NCBI GenBank assembly: GCA_947175195.1 | Contig: CAMWLQ010000006.1 | Coordinates: forward strand, 664-64,663 | Direction: 5' to 3' | Source: an uncultured Clostridia bacterium | GTDB taxonomy: Bacteria; Bacillota; Clostridia; Christensenellales; Pumilibacteraceae | Length of the DNA stretch: 64,000 bases | In this document: positions 35,453-45,916 of the stretch, one piece after another | Layout: the number at the start of each line of letters is the position of its first letter | Position numbering within the stretch: the first letter of the stretch is position 1 | The notes under the pieces: generated by a model | Told to the model about the DNA's origin: nothing | Databases searched by the model: none | What the model saw: the letters and a program-made list of their open reading frames with translations, nothing else | Translations under genes and position numbers: made by a program

Positions 35453-36278
35453 AAGACCCGATACGGTCGACGAAAACATCACTGCAGCCGCCACGGAAAC
35501 GGAAACGCCGCAAAAGCCGCACCGCGATCCCGTGCTTAAACATTTTGTAGGGTATTGGCACTACGGCGTAATACTTACATATCTTTCGCTTGCGTTGTCT
35601 ATTTGCGGCATATGCTTTGCCGCGGCATACGGCGGACCGCGCAGGGACGATATTGCGGCATTCTTCCTTTTGCTTGCTGGACTGTGCGACGCCTTTGACG
35701 GCATGGTCGCCAAAACGCGCAAGCACCGTTCGGACAACGACAAGCTGTTCGGCATGAACATAGACTCGTTAAGCGACATGGTGTCATTCGGCATTGCGCC
35801 TATTATGGTAGGCGTTGCTATGGGCATGACGCGCTGGTACTACTGCATCATATATATTATTTTCGCACTTTGCGGACTTGTGCGCCTTGCATACTACGAC
35901 GTAAGCGAGGTCAACAGGCTCAAAGACCCCACGTCCACAAGGCGGGACAGCTACGAGGGCTTGCCCATAACCAACGTGTCGCTCGCGTTGCCTGTGTTTT
36001 TCCTGGTCGCAACGATGTTCGACAAACACCCCGAATGGATAGGGCTCACCTCCGATACGTTAATAATATACCAAAGCATAATCATGATGACGTGCTACTT
36101 GCTTTGCGCGTTCCTGTTTGTGTTCAAGTTCAAAATGTTCAAGGCGCGCGTTAAAGGGCTCATAATAACGGTAGTCACAATAACGGTGCTGGTAATAAGC
36201 CTTGCGCTCATTCGTTATTACGTGTTTGGCGTAGTACTGTTTGCGCCGCTCACCAAAACGCCGGCAATGGGAATATAA
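35436..36278 (+). CDS. pssA: CDP-alcohol phosphatidyltransferase, phosphatidylserine synthase-like
   Basis: CDAFDGMVAKTRKHRSDNDKLFGMNIDSLSDMV (D-G-x2-A-K...G-x3-D-x3-D). Start is ambiguous (35424 or 35436). Confidence 0.7.
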   Translation: MTETTERPDTVDENITAAATETETPQKPHRDPVLKHFVGYWHYGVILTYLSLALSICGICFAAAYGGPRRDDIAAFFLLLAGLCDAFDGMVAKTRKHRSDNDKLFGMNIDSLSDMVSFGIAPIMVGVAMGMTRWYYCIIYIIFALCGLVRLAYYDVSEVNRLKDPTSTRRDSYEGLPITNVSLALPVFFLVATMFDKHPEWIGLTSDTLIIYQSIIMMTCYLLCAFLFVFKFKMFKARVKGLIITVVTITVLVISLALIRYYVFGVVLFAPLTKTPAMGI

Positions 36279-36283
36279 TCGGC

Positions 36284-37132
36284 ATGAGAGAAACGGTAGA
36301 AAAACCGCAAGTCCCCAAGTCGCTGAGGTTTTTGTATTACACAAAGTTCGGCGGTCTGTGCCTGCGCCTTATCAATCGGCGGTGGCTGAGCAAGCTGGTC
36401 GGGCATCACCTCGACGGCAAATTTTCGCGCCGAAAAATAAAAAAGTATATCAAAAAGAACGGCATAGACATGTCGGAGTTTGTAGAGGAAGACTACAAAA
36501 GCTTTAACGCCTTTTTTACCCGACATATCAAGCCCGAGCTGCGTCCCTTCGATATGGACGAGCAAGCACTGTGCAGTCCGTGCGACGGCAAGGTGTCGGC
36601 GTACAAAATTGACGACGAGCTTAAGTTTAACGTTAAAGGCTTTGACTACACGGTGAAAACGCTGCTACGTAACACCGAGCTTGCGGCGCGCTACCGCGGC
36701 GGTCTGTGCATTGTTTTTAGGCTGTGCGTTACCGATTACCATAGATACCACTTTTTCGACGGCGGCACGGCAAGCGGCAATACGTTTATAAAAGGCAGGC
36801 TGCACACCGTTCAGCCCGTCGCGCTGGAAAACCGCAGGGTGTTCACCGAAAACTGCAGGGAATACACCGTGCTGGACACCGACAACTTCGGCACGGCTGT
36901 GATGGTAGAGGTTGGCGCAATGATGGTGGGGCGCATAGTCAACGCCGTAAAGGACGGCAGGTTCGAGCGCGGACAGGAAAAGGGCAAGTTCGAGTTTGGC
37001 GGCTCTACTGTAATACTGTTGCTGGAAAAGGACAGGGCGGAGCTTGACGAGGAGTTTTTCCAAAACACTGCTGTGGACAAAGAAACGGTGGTCAAGTGCG
37101 GCGAGAAAATAGGGCAAGCAATTCGTAATTAA
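36284..37132 (+). CDS. psd: phosphatidylserine decarboxylase proenzyme
   Basis: FFTRHIKPELRP, TDYHRYHF and the FEFGGSTV self-cleavage motif. Confidence 0.8.
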   Translation: MRETVEKPQVPKSLRFLYYTKFGGLCLRLINRRWLSKLVGHHLDGKFSRRKIKKYIKKNGIDMSEFVEEDYKSFNAFFTRHIKPELRPFDMDEQALCSPCDGKVSAYKIDDELKFNVKGFDYTVKTLLRNTELAARYRGGLCIVFRLCVTDYHRYHFFDGGTASGNTFIKGRLHTVQPVALENRRVFTENCREYTVLDTDNFGTAVMVEVGAMMVGRIVNAVKDGRFERGQEKGKFEFGGSTVILLLEKDRAELDEEFFQNTAVDKETVVKCGEKIGQAIRN

Positions 37133-37209
37133 AAATTGTTAATCCTTAACTATCTTAAAACACTTGCTTATTTTTTTACAGTTTGATATAACTCATATAG
37201 AGGTCAATT

Positions 37210-38268
37210 ATGAGTACCGAAAACCAACAAAACGAAATAACCGAGGCAGCGGAAAACACCGAACAAACGGTACAGACCGATACTGCCGAGCAAATAGCGC
37301 AGGCGGAAGTGGCGGCTGCGGGTGCGGCTGCGGTAGAGCAAAAGCCTGTTGTCGGCGCAAAAAAAGCCAAAGCCAAAAAGGAAAAGGTTGCGCTTACGCC
37401 CGAACAAAAAAAGAAACGCATACGCAACTTTGTTGTTGTGCCTATAATGATACTCGTGGCGTCGTTTATACGCTCCCTTTGCGTACAAGTGTTTATGACG
37501 TCGCCCGAGCTCAACTTTGCGCCCGGCGGCGTTACAGGTATAGGCACTATGATTCAGTATAAGACGGGATTTTCTACGGGCTATACCAACATCTTAATCA
37601 ACATCCCGCTACTCATTATCGCGTTTATCTTTTTGAACAAGGGCTTTGCCATAAAGACGGCGTGCGCGGTTGGCTTGTCTTCGGGCGGCATGGTGCTGAT
37701 GGAAAAACTTAACTTTCCGCAGTACACCGGCGCTAACGTAGAGCCCGTACTCGGCGCAATCGCGTGCGGCGTGTTGGGTGGCGTTGCGGTAGCTATTATG
37801 ATCCGCGCGGGCGCGAGCAACGGCGGCACGGACATAATAGCCGCGCTTATCCAGCGCAAGTACCAAGCGGCGGGCATAACCTGGTTTATAATGGGCTTGG
37901 ACGCGATAGTCGTGTTGGTATCGTACTTTGTGTACGATAACGGACTTACGCCCGTGTTCATGTCGTTCACGCAGCAGTTCAGCAGCGCAATGGTCGGCGA
38001 CGTTATTCTTACCGGTTTCAAGTCGGCTATCAAGTACGAAATAATCACCGACGATCCCGAGGCGCTCTCCGCCGAGCTGATTGCCAAGCTGCGGCACAGC
38101 GTTACCAAAATCGACGCAACGGGCATGTACGCACACAGCAAAAAAGCGTTGCTGGTTTGCGTAATACATAAACGCCAGGTGAGCGAGTTCAACAAGATAC
38201 TCAAAAAGTACGACAACACCTTTGCTTACGTAACAAGCACGAGCGAGGTGCTCGGCAAGTTCTATTAG
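37210..38268 (+). CDS. YitT-family membrane protein (DUF2179 C-terminal domain) with ~75-aa charged N-terminal extension
   Basis: APGGVTGIGTMI, GASNGGTDIIA. C-terminal YEIITDDPEALSAELIAKLRHSVTKIDATGMY. Confidence 0.7.
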   Translation: MSTENQQNEITEAAENTEQTVQTDTAEQIAQAEVAAAGAAAVEQKPVVGAKKAKAKKEKVALTPEQKKKRIRNFVVVPIMILVASFIRSLCVQVFMTSPELNFAPGGVTGIGTMIQYKTGFSTGYTNILINIPLLIIAFIFLNKGFAIKTACAVGLSSGGMVLMEKLNFPQYTGANVEPVLGAIACGVLGGVAVAIMIRAGASNGGTDIIAALIQRKYQAAGITWFIMGLDAIVVLVSYFVYDNGLTPVFMSFTQQFSSAMVGDVILTGFKSAIKYEIITDDPEALSAELIAKLRHSVTKIDATGMYAHSKKALLVCVIHKRQVSEFNKILKKYDNTFAYVTSTSEVLGKFY

Positions 38269-38339
38269 TAGTTTTCGCGCGGCAGTGGGCGATATGCTCA
38301 TTGTCGCGTTTTTCAATGTATAAGGAGTAAATTAAAATT

Positions 38340-40193
38340 ATGAAAAAGTTCAAAGCACAGTCCCAAAAGCTACTCGATTTGGTTGTTAATTCCATATACG
38401 CCAACCGCGAAATATTTTTGCGTGAGCTCATATCCAACGCGTCGGACGCGCTGGACAAGCGCAGGTTTATGTCGCTGACCGACAGTACGCTTGCAGCCGA
38501 TTTCGGCATAGAGCTCAAGGTGGACAAGGCGGCGCGCACGCTTACTATAAGCGACAACGGCGTGGGCATGACCGACAAGGAATTGGAGGACAACCTCGGC
38601 GTTATTGCGGCAAGCGGTACGGAGGCGTTCAAAAAGGAGCAGGGCGTAAAGGAGAATGCCGAATTGATCGGACAGTTCGGCGTGGGATTCTACTCCGCGT
38701 TTATGGTGGCGCAACAGGTCACCGTCATCACCAAAAAGGTGGGGAGCGACCGCGCGTACAAGTGGATTTCGGACGGTGTGGAAGGCTTTGAGATAACGGA
38801 CGCCGAACGCGCGGACGCGGGCACGGACGTAATAATTTCGCTCAAGCCCGACGGCGACGACGACAAGTATTCCGACTATTTGGAAAGCTACCGCCTGACA
38901 ACGCTCGTCAAAAAGTATTCGGACTACATTCGTTATCCCATACGCATGATGACCGAAATGTACACCGAGGACAGGCAAAAAGCCGACGAGATGACCATAC
39001 TCAATTCGATGATTCCGGTGTGGAAAAAGCAAAAATCCGACCTCGGCGAAAACGAGCTGGACGAGTTTTACAAGCACGCATACCGCGACTACCGCACTCC
39101 GTTGCACAACATAATGACGCGCGTAGAGGGCGCGGTGGACTACACGGCGTTGCTGTTTATTCCGTCCGAGCCGCCTTACGACTATTATACCAAGGACTAC
39201 AAGCGCGGACTTTCGCTGTACTGCAACGGCGTGCTCATTATGGACACCTGTGCCGAGCTGCTACCCGAATACTTGGGCTTTGTGCGCGGCGTGGTGGACA
39301 CGCCCGATCTTGCGCTGAACATATCGCGCGAAACGTTGCAGCACGACAGGCGGCTGAAAGCTATAGCGAGCGGTTTGGAAAAGAAAATCCTTTCCGAGCT
39401 TGAAAAGCTGCTCAAAAACGACAGGGAAAAGTACGAAAAGATTTTCACGCAGTTCGGCAAGGCAATCAAGTTCGGCGCTTACAACAATTTCGGCGCGGAC
39501 AAGGACAAGCTCAAAGACTTGCTGCTGTACTATTCGGACAAGAACAAAAAGCATATCACCTACAAGGAGTACACTGCGGAGCTTAAGGAAAAAGCACCCG
39601 TGCTGTACGCGTGCGGCGAAACGGTAGAAAAAATATCCATGCTGCCTCAGCTCGAGGTCGCGCGGGACAAGGGCGACGACGTACTGTTTTTTGTCGACCC
39701 CGTGGACGAATTTGTCGCGCGCATGCTGGAGGACTACGACGGGCATAAGTTTGAAAATATCGCGTCGGGCAGCGAGGACGTAAAGCCCGAAAAGAAAGAG
39801 CATAAGGACTTGCTCAAGCGCATAGAGGAAAAGCTCAAGGGCAAAGCGACGGTTACCGCAACCGACAAGCTTAAGTCGTACCCCGTGTGCCTTGCGGCAA
39901 AGGGCGACGTATCGCTGGAAATGGAACGTATTATGGAGGCGATGGGCGGCGGCATCAAAGCCGAGCGCGTTTTGCAGGTAAATATGGAGCACCCGATTAT
40001 ACTCGGTATGGAAGGTCTTGCCGAGCAAGCCTTTGACGACACGGTTACCGTACTGTACAACGAGGCGTTGATTGCCGAGGGGTACAAGACCGAGCCCGAG
40101 TTTTTGGCGGCAATAAACAGGCTGCTTGCAGGCGAGCAAAAACCGCCGAAAAAGCCCGCTGCCAAAAAGCCCGCCAAAAAAGATGAAGAATAA
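38340..40193 (+). CDS. htpG: molecular chaperone HtpG (Hsp90)
   Basis: FLRELISNASDALDK, GQFGVGFYSAFMVA. Confidence 0.9.
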   Translation: MKKFKAQSQKLLDLVVNSIYANREIFLRELISNASDALDKRRFMSLTDSTLAADFGIELKVDKAARTLTISDNGVGMTDKELEDNLGVIAASGTEAFKKEQGVKENAELIGQFGVGFYSAFMVAQQVTVITKKVGSDRAYKWISDGVEGFEITDAERADAGTDVIISLKPDGDDDKYSDYLESYRLTTLVKKYSDYIRYPIRMMTEMYTEDRQKADEMTILNSMIPVWKKQKSDLGENELDEFYKHAYRDYRTPLHNIMTRVEGAVDYTALLFIPSEPPYDYYTKDYKRGLSLYCNGVLIMDTCAELLPEYLGFVRGVVDTPDLALNISRETLQHDRRLKAIASGLEKKILSELEKLLKNDREKYEKIFTQFGKAIKFGAYNNFGADKDKLKDLLLYYSDKNKKHITYKEYTAELKEKAPVLYACGETVEKISMLPQLEVARDKGDDVLFFVDPVDEFVARMLEDYDGHKFENIASGSEDVKPEKKEHKDLLKRIEEKLKGKATVTATDKLKSYPVCLAAKGDVSLEMERIMEAMGGGIKAERVLQVNMEHPIILGMEGLAEQAFDDTVTVLYNEALIAEGYKTEPEFLAAINRLLAGEQKPPKKPAAKKPAKKDEE

Positions 40194-40959
40194 GCGGCAA
40201 AAGGTAGTAATAATTTCGGGCTGTACCTCGGGCATAGGCAAAGAGCTTTGCAGGCTTTACCGCAATGACGGACACATAGTGGTGGGCATTGCGCGGACGG
40301 CGACCGAGCCCGATATAACGGCGGACGTGACCGACCTCGACGCAGTAAAGCAAGCGGTTGACGGCGTGTACGCGCGCTACGGTCGGATTGATACGGTAAT
40401 AGCCAATGCGGGCGGCGGGCTTTCGGGCGCTACCGAGCTGCTGCCTATCGAGCAAGTTCAAAAGCAAATCGAGCTGAATTTTACCGCCGCGCTTAATCTT
40501 GTAAGGTGCGCGCTGGGGTATATGCAGGCGGGGAGCAACGCGGTGTTTATATCGTCCGCGTGCGCGCTGTTTGCTTTGCCGTACCGCGCCATGTACTGCG
40601 CGAGTAAAGCGGCGGTGAACATGGCGGCTTACGGCTTGTACATGGAATTAAAGGGACACGGCATACGCGTCAGCTCGGTTTGTCCGGGGGATATACAAAC
40701 GGGCTTTACCGCAAACCGAATAAAGTACGACGACGGCGGGGAGCGCTACGGCGACGCTCCCGCGGTTTCGGCGCAAAAAATAGACGGGCGCGAGCATAAA
40801 AGAATGAAACAGGGTCCCGCCGTAAAAAAGATTTACAAGTGCTGCACCAAGAGCAAAAAGCCGCTGTATATAATAGGATTCAAATACAAGGTGCTGAATT
40901 TCCTACGGCACATATTGCCGCAAAAGCTGTTGCTGGATATTACCGCAAAGCTGTTTTAG
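40183..40959 (+). CDS. short-chain dehydrogenase/reductase (SDR)
   Basis: VVIISGCTSGIGKE, YCASKAAV (YxxxK). ATG overlaps the htpG end by 11 nt. Confidence 0.75.
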   Translation: MKNKRQKVVIISGCTSGIGKELCRLYRNDGHIVVGIARTATEPDITADVTDLDAVKQAVDGVYARYGRIDTVIANAGGGLSGATELLPIEQVQKQIELNFTAALNLVRCALGYMQAGSNAVFISSACALFALPYRAMYCASKAAVNMAAYGLYMELKGHGIRVSSVCPGDIQTGFTANRIKYDDGGERYGDAPAVSAQKIDGREHKRMKQGPAVKKIYKCCTKSKKPLYIIGFKYKVLNFLRHILPQKLLLDITAKLF

Positions 40960-40968
40960 GATGTGATA

Positions 40969-42603
40969 ATGATTAAAATCGAAAACGATACTTTTTATAT
41001 TTCGGCGGGCGAGGCGTGCTATATATTCAAGATAGCGGACGGCGTGCCTACCCATACGTATTTCGGCAAGCGCGTCGAGCCGGAGGACGACCTATCCGCG
41101 CTCGGCTGCGGCGGCAAAACCAAAGAGCTTTATGTTCAAGCCGTGACGGGCGGCAAAAAGAAAGAACTTGATTTTTCGTTTGTCGACGCGTGGATAATGA
41201 AGGACGACGACGGAAACGATAAATCGCTTGTTGTGGAGCTGTGCGACGACAATGCCAAGCTGAAAGCGACTATGTATTACACGCCCCATCCGCGCGGCGG
41301 GATATATAGGCGGGTTACAATAAAGCATACGGACAGCGGCGACGTGCAGCTTGCGCTTGTGCGGCAGTCGATCGGTTGCGGCTGTGCCGACAATGTAGAT
41401 AACAACAGTAAAGACTGTGAATTTTTCTCCGCGTTCGGCGGGGAATATAGCGGCGACGCTTACGGATTTTTATGCCCCAACGGCGACGGCAACGTTGCGG
41501 TAAAGCAAAGCGGCGACGGCATAACCGCGACATGCGAAATCGGCGCCACGATAACGATATACGACTTTGATACGGCGGAATGTCCCGAGCTGCTTTGCGT
41601 GTATTCGGATATAGGCAAGGGCGGAATGTCGCGCATATTTCATGACATACTGCGCGAGGACGGGGAGGACGAGCATTTGTCCGAACGCGCCGCCGTACTG
41701 TTTTTGCCCAAAATGGAATTGATGCAAATAGTCGCGGCGGTAAAGGCGGCGGGCGAGCTTGGTTTCGGCGTCGTCGCGCTGGACGGCGGCAGACACACCA
41801 GAGACGAAATATATGCGCTGGGCGTGGCGTGCAAGGAAAACGGGTTGATTGCGGGCTTGCGCATAAACCGCGAGTTTATAGAAGAGACAAGCGCGTTGCG
41901 TACCAATATCTGCAAGGCGTTCGACGGCATATACAAATACGACAATTCGGATGAGCACACGGCTATGTTGTACCATGCGGTGCGTTATTCGTTGTCTAAT
42001 TTCGATATAAAGTACGTTATGATTGACGCGCCTAAAAACGCGACAAGCCGTGACGTCGCGCGCGGCATGTTTGCATTAAGGAATATGATTAAATATAAAT
42101 TTGAAGACATATTTGGCGACTTGCGCGTTGATTTTTGCTTGCGGTCTGATGACGTCAAAGCGTATACGGCATACTATCCGCTTACGTTTATTCGCAATAT
42201 AATAAACCCGACGCCCGAAAACTTTAAATCGCGGTTTGACGTGGCGACGCTCGGCGCGCTCGGGTACGAGTTTAATCCGACCGAGCTTTCGGACGGAATT
42301 AAGCGTGCGGTGCGCGGGCAAATACTATCGTATCAGGACGACGCGCGGTGCGTGCTGCGCGGGGATATTTATAGCTATGGTAACGGCGTTTGCCGCATGG
42401 CGGTGCGCAAGGATAAGTCGCGCGCGTATGCGGTGTGTTTTTCAAAAGGCGAACGCATAAAGTTTTTGGGACTGGACGAGCATAACATTTACAATGTGCG
42501 CGAGCTGAACAAAACGTTCTCAGGCGCGGCGCTTGTGCATTGCGGCATTGCGGTGGGCGAGGGCACGTACGTGTTTCATATTTTGCAGGTTGCGGATTAT
42601 TGA
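40969..42603 (+). CDS. hypothetical protein, distant GH36 alpha-galactosidase-like architecture without recognisable catalytic motifs
   Basis: N-terminal IENDTFYISAGEACYIFKIADGVPTHTYFGKRV resembles the GH36 N-domain. Only about 545 aa. Confidence 0.4.
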   Translation: MIKIENDTFYISAGEACYIFKIADGVPTHTYFGKRVEPEDDLSALGCGGKTKELYVQAVTGGKKKELDFSFVDAWIMKDDDGNDKSLVVELCDDNAKLKATMYYTPHPRGGIYRRVTIKHTDSGDVQLALVRQSIGCGCADNVDNNSKDCEFFSAFGGEYSGDAYGFLCPNGDGNVAVKQSGDGITATCEIGATITIYDFDTAECPELLCVYSDIGKGGMSRIFHDILREDGEDEHLSERAAVLFLPKMELMQIVAAVKAAGELGFGVVALDGGRHTRDEIYALGVACKENGLIAGLRINREFIEETSALRTNICKAFDGIYKYDNSDEHTAMLYHAVRYSLSNFDIKYVMIDAPKNATSRDVARGMFALRNMIKYKFEDIFGDLRVDFCLRSDDVKAYTAYYPLTFIRNIINPTPENFKSRFDVATLGALGYEFNPTELSDGIKRAVRGQILSYQDDARCVLRGDIYSYGNGVCRMAVRKDKSRAYAVCFSKGERIKFLGLDEHNIYNVRELNKTFSGAALVHCGIAVGEGTYVFHILQVADY

Positions 42604-42606
42604 TTT

Positions 42607-42623
42607 AATTCGGAATTCGGAAT
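42607..42623 (+). repeat. AATTCGGAATTCGGAAT motif, 2 overlapping units, 3 nt after the stop codon
   Basis: See the other loci at 32810, 51554 and 54421. Confidence 0.6.
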
Positions 42624-42664
42624 GCAAAATTAAGAATTATCGACGGTAATTGCACAGCACCAAT

Positions 42665-42787
42665 GCGGCGGGTCGAGACCTCTCGACTACGCTCGAGGTG
42701 ATGGGCGTATAAGCCTAACATGTATCCACATCATTTCGACCGAAGTGAGCGCAGCGAACGCAGTGGAGAAATCCAGGCGTTAGCCGC
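42665..42787. repeat. REP/MITE-like element: two inverted diverged units
   Basis: The forward unit GGGTCGAGACCTCTCGACTACGCTCGAGGTGATGGG faces the reverse complement of GGATTTCTCCACTGCGTTCGCTGCGCTCACTTCGGTCGAAATGATGTGG. Confidence 0.5.
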
Positions 42788-42820
42788 ACAATAATTAATA
42801 ATCACTATAAAAACGGCAAC

Positions 42821-42848
42821 AAAAAAACGGGCATATGCCCGTTTTTTG
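42821..42848. terminator. bidirectional intrinsic terminator
   Basis: AAAAAACGGGCA / TGCCCGTTTTTT. Confidence 0.75.
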
Positions 42849-42856
42849 TTTAGAAA

Positions 42857-43387
42857 TTATTCGGCTTTTTGTCCGACTTTGAGAGCGCCGAGGATACCTG
42901 CAACGCCGGCAAGGATTGCGCCGATAGCGCCGATCCAAACGCCGATGCCTGCAGTGGCGTCTAAGCCTTTCATGCCTGCAAGCTGTACCATAACGTCATT
43001 GAACTGACCTGCAAGAATAAAGCCCGCAACAACAACAAGTATGCCGCCTACGATTGCAACTGCGCCGCCTACCAAGCCGATGATTTTGATGTCCTTGCCG
43101 ATCATGCCGAGTATGCCGTGTACAAGCACAATGAGTGCGCCGATAAGCGCTACGACAAATGCAATAATCGGGAACGTGCGGGACGGAACGGTGATGCCTA
43201 ATGCCTCGGCATAGGGACCGTATTGTTCCAACGTGCTCCAATATTCATCGAACAAAGTAGTGGAATCGGTTTCACCTGCAAAAGTCGCCGAAACAACGCC
43301 CGTGCACATACCGATGATTGTGAGTATCAGTCCGACAGCCGCAAGAGCCATAAAGACTACACCCAGTGTGTTGAGTTTTTTAGCCAT
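42857..43387 (-). CDS. Gly/Ala-rich multi-TM membrane protein
   Basis: SD GGAGGT. Four predicted TM helices. Confidence 0.5.
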   Translation of the reverse strand: MAKKLNTLGVVFMALAAVGLILTIIGMCTGVVSATFAGETDSTTLFDEYWSTLEQYGPYAEALGITVPSRTFPIIAFVVALIGALIVLVHGILGMIGKDIKIIGLVGGAVAIVGGILVVVAGFILAGQFNDVMVQLAGMKGLDATAGIGVWIGAIGAILAGVAGILGALKVGQKAE

Positions 43388-43468
43388 GATTTACCTCCAA
43401 ATGATTATATGCTAATGATAACACTATGTGTATTTTATGTCAACACTTTTTTCAAAAATTTTCACAGT

Positions 43469-44359
43469 TTACCGATTTTTATCGAAAGAATCTATGCGTT
43501 CCTGCGCGTCGCGGTAATATCTGCCGTATGCTTTTTTGCAGTATTTGTCGTGCTTGGTAGGGGGTGACGGCTCGTTTGGCTGCTCAAAGCTATATGCGCC
43601 GTTTACCTTCCAACTCCTGAGCAATCCGATGTTTATAGCCGCTTTGGGGCAGGCTTGCACGCAACGCATGCATATTATGCACTTGCCGCCGAACTTTATC
43701 TTGCCCTTTTTGTTTGTGCGGATATTGCCCATAGGACACAGCTTTTGGCACTTGCCGCATTTTACGCATTCCTTATTCGCCTTGTACGACTTGCCTATAA
43801 TGTGCGCGCCCCAGTGTTCGCAGCGCAGCACCCATGCCAAAAATCCGCCCATAAACATCTTTTTGGGTAAACGCGGTTTTCCTTGTAATATTTCGTCTAC
43901 GTCCGCGGGGACAAGCTTTTGCGCGACCGTCCACATTTTGTACACTTGGCTGTCGGTGTGGCGGAATATTATATTGTACGGCATTACGTACTGATACTCG
44001 TTGTTTACTTTGTATCCGCGCCGCTTTAGTATCTTGCGCATTTTCAGCGACGACACGTCGCTCATGCGCACGGGCTCGCCCGACGATTTGAATATGAACG
44101 CGTTTTTATATCCGTCAGTTTTTTTGTTGCGCTTAGGCAACGTTTTGCACAGCGTGAGCAGCAGCTTGGGCGCGTTAAACCCGTGTATGGGATAACCCAG
44201 TCCTATCAGGTCGTACCCGTCTACGTCGGGGAGTGGAGCGGCAAGCGGCAGCTCTATGCTGTCCACCTGCGCCTCGCGCGATTCAAAAGCCGATTTGTAC
44301 AAGTCGGCTATGCGTTTGGTGTTGCCCGTTCCCGAAAAGTATATCAACAGTATTTTCAT
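43469..44359 (-). CDS. flavodoxin-like / 2x[4Fe-4S] ferredoxin fusion (EFR1-type)
   Basis: KILLIYFSGTGNTKRIA. CVKCGKCQKLCP and CIICMRCVQACP. Confidence 0.7.
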   Translation of the reverse strand: MKILLIYFSGTGNTKRIADLYKSAFESREAQVDSIELPLAAPLPDVDGYDLIGLGYPIHGFNAPKLLLTLCKTLPKRNKKTDGYKNAFIFKSSGEPVRMSDVSSLKMRKILKRRGYKVNNEYQYVMPYNIIFRHTDSQVYKMWTVAQKLVPADVDEILQGKPRLPKKMFMGGFLAWVLRCEHWGAHIIGKSYKANKECVKCGKCQKLCPMGNIRTNKKGKIKFGGKCIICMRCVQACPKAAINIGLLRSWKVNGAYSFEQPNEPSPPTKHDKYCKKAYGRYYRDAQERIDSFDKNR

Positions 44360-45882
44360 AGCGACTCCGTCTTTTTTGCATGCGCTACAAAGTCGTTATC
44401 AAACGAGTAAACGTAGTCCTCGTCCTTGTCGTGAGTGTCGTACCATACGGACGCGAACACCTTGTCCTTTTTTGAAAGCCTGTCAAAGTCCCAAAAAAAC
44501 TTTTCGTATATGGGATTGTACCAGTGCCCGGCGCGCAGCACGGTGTACGCCGACGCGGTAAACTTTTCGCCGTCCTGAGTTAAAAAGTCGAGCTTTTTGT
44601 ACATATCGCCGTCAAACTCGGAAAGCAGCTTGCCGCCGTGCGCCTCCGCCACGCTTTGTATATCGGCTTGGGTGATTTGGTCGTCGGGCTTATTAATATC
44701 GTAGCCGTAGTACACGGGGGTGTCGTTGTCGGTGAGGTTTTGTATTTGTGCGGGGTCTTTAAGCGGATAGGTTTTCCACGTTTCCGTTTTGAGCTTGTCG
44801 TAATTATCTCTGCTGCCGAAATATGCTATCATACGCGCCTCGTCGCCCGTCTTTGCCCAGTACGACGGCGCGTTTTTGTCCTTTAACAGCTTGCGGAACA
44901 AAAAGAAATGTATCATACTTTTGGGGACAAGCTTGCCCATTTTGAAAACGGGGTGGGCACGGAAAACCTGTTGCCAGTATTCCTCGGTGGTTTGGCTTTG
45001 GTAGTCGAACATATCGTTGAGTTCGTCGCCGTCCAAATACCACACGCCGTGAAAGTTTCGGGCGGCGTTATACACGGGCTTGAAAAAGTCCTTGGAGCTG
45101 CCGCCCATAATGGCGAAACCTTCGTCGAACGTTTGAATACCGTAGCGGCGGTTAAGCTTTCCGCCTGCTATGTTGTAGCAGCGTTTCCAAAACCTGTCGG
45201 GAATACTGCCGTCTATATATTTCATTATTATATTACGAATCAGTATTCCGCTGTCGTGCGCAGTTACCCATTCCAGCGGCGCGTCGAACGCCGTGTGGAA
45301 CATCAGCCCGTCGTGAATATTGTCCGTTATCATTTGCGGGTGGAGCATTGCCGATTGGCGCAGCACCGCCCATTTGTTTATATTGCTTTCCAGTACGCGG
45401 AACTCGCCGCGCACCTTGGTTGCCGAATACACGTCCAGCGGGCTGGGTAACAGCGGATCGCCCACACGCCCGAACGGGTGCGCGCCCGTGCGGTTGCCGT
45501 ATACCGCAACGGTAGATACGTGTATAAGCGCGGGCTGGTTTTCCGTTATGCTTTCTATCTCGGACACCAGCATGTCGGCGCCCACTTGATTGCATGCTAC
45601 GGCGGCTTTGGGGTTTTGGTCGGAGCGGGGCGGAATGACCGCTGCCATGTTAATGACTATGTCGGCGCCTGTAACCAGTTGCTTTATCGCGTCGCGGTCG
45701 GTCATACTGCCTTGTATTACCTTCACCTTGCCTTTCAGCGCTTTGTTGGCACTTAGCAGTTTTTTAAAGCGTTTCGGTGTGCGGATGAGAAGTCTTATCT
45801 CGTCCACGTCGACGCCGTTAAGCGCCGCGAACGTCGCTTGACCCATGTTGCCCGTTATTCCGGTTATAGCTACCGTAGTCAT
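44356..45882 (-). CDS. NAD(P)-binding epimerase/dehydratase-like protein with unknown C-terminal domain
   Basis: VAITGITGNMGQA Rossmann motif. 4-nt overlap with the downstream gene. Confidence 0.6.
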   Translation of the reverse strand: MTTVAITGITGNMGQATFAALNGVDVDEIRLLIRTPKRFKKLLSANKALKGKVKVIQGSMTDRDAIKQLVTGADIVINMAAVIPPRSDQNPKAAVACNQVGADMLVSEIESITENQPALIHVSTVAVYGNRTGAHPFGRVGDPLLPSPLDVYSATKVRGEFRVLESNINKWAVLRQSAMLHPQMITDNIHDGLMFHTAFDAPLEWVTAHDSGILIRNIIMKYIDGSIPDRFWKRCYNIAGGKLNRRYGIQTFDEGFAIMGGSSKDFFKPVYNAARNFHGVWYLDGDELNDMFDYQSQTTEEYWQQVFRAHPVFKMGKLVPKSMIHFFLFRKLLKDKNAPSYWAKTGDEARMIAYFGSRDNYDKLKTETWKTYPLKDPAQIQNLTDNDTPVYYGYDINKPDDQITQADIQSVAEAHGGKLLSEFDGDMYKKLDFLTQDGEKFTASAYTVLRAGHWYNPIYEKFFWDFDRLSKKDKVFASVWYDTHDKDEDYVYSFDNDFVAHAKKTESL

Positions 45883-45916
45883 TTGTGTTTTTACTCCTTG
45901 CCTATTGCGCCCAATC

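Noticed and set aside
40969-42603. Calling this gene an alpha-galactosidase (GH36)
   Set aside because: Only the N-terminal beta-domain pattern is reminiscent of GH36. The protein is about 200 aa shorter than GH36 enzymes, and I could not find the KWD or DDGWF-type catalytic motifs.
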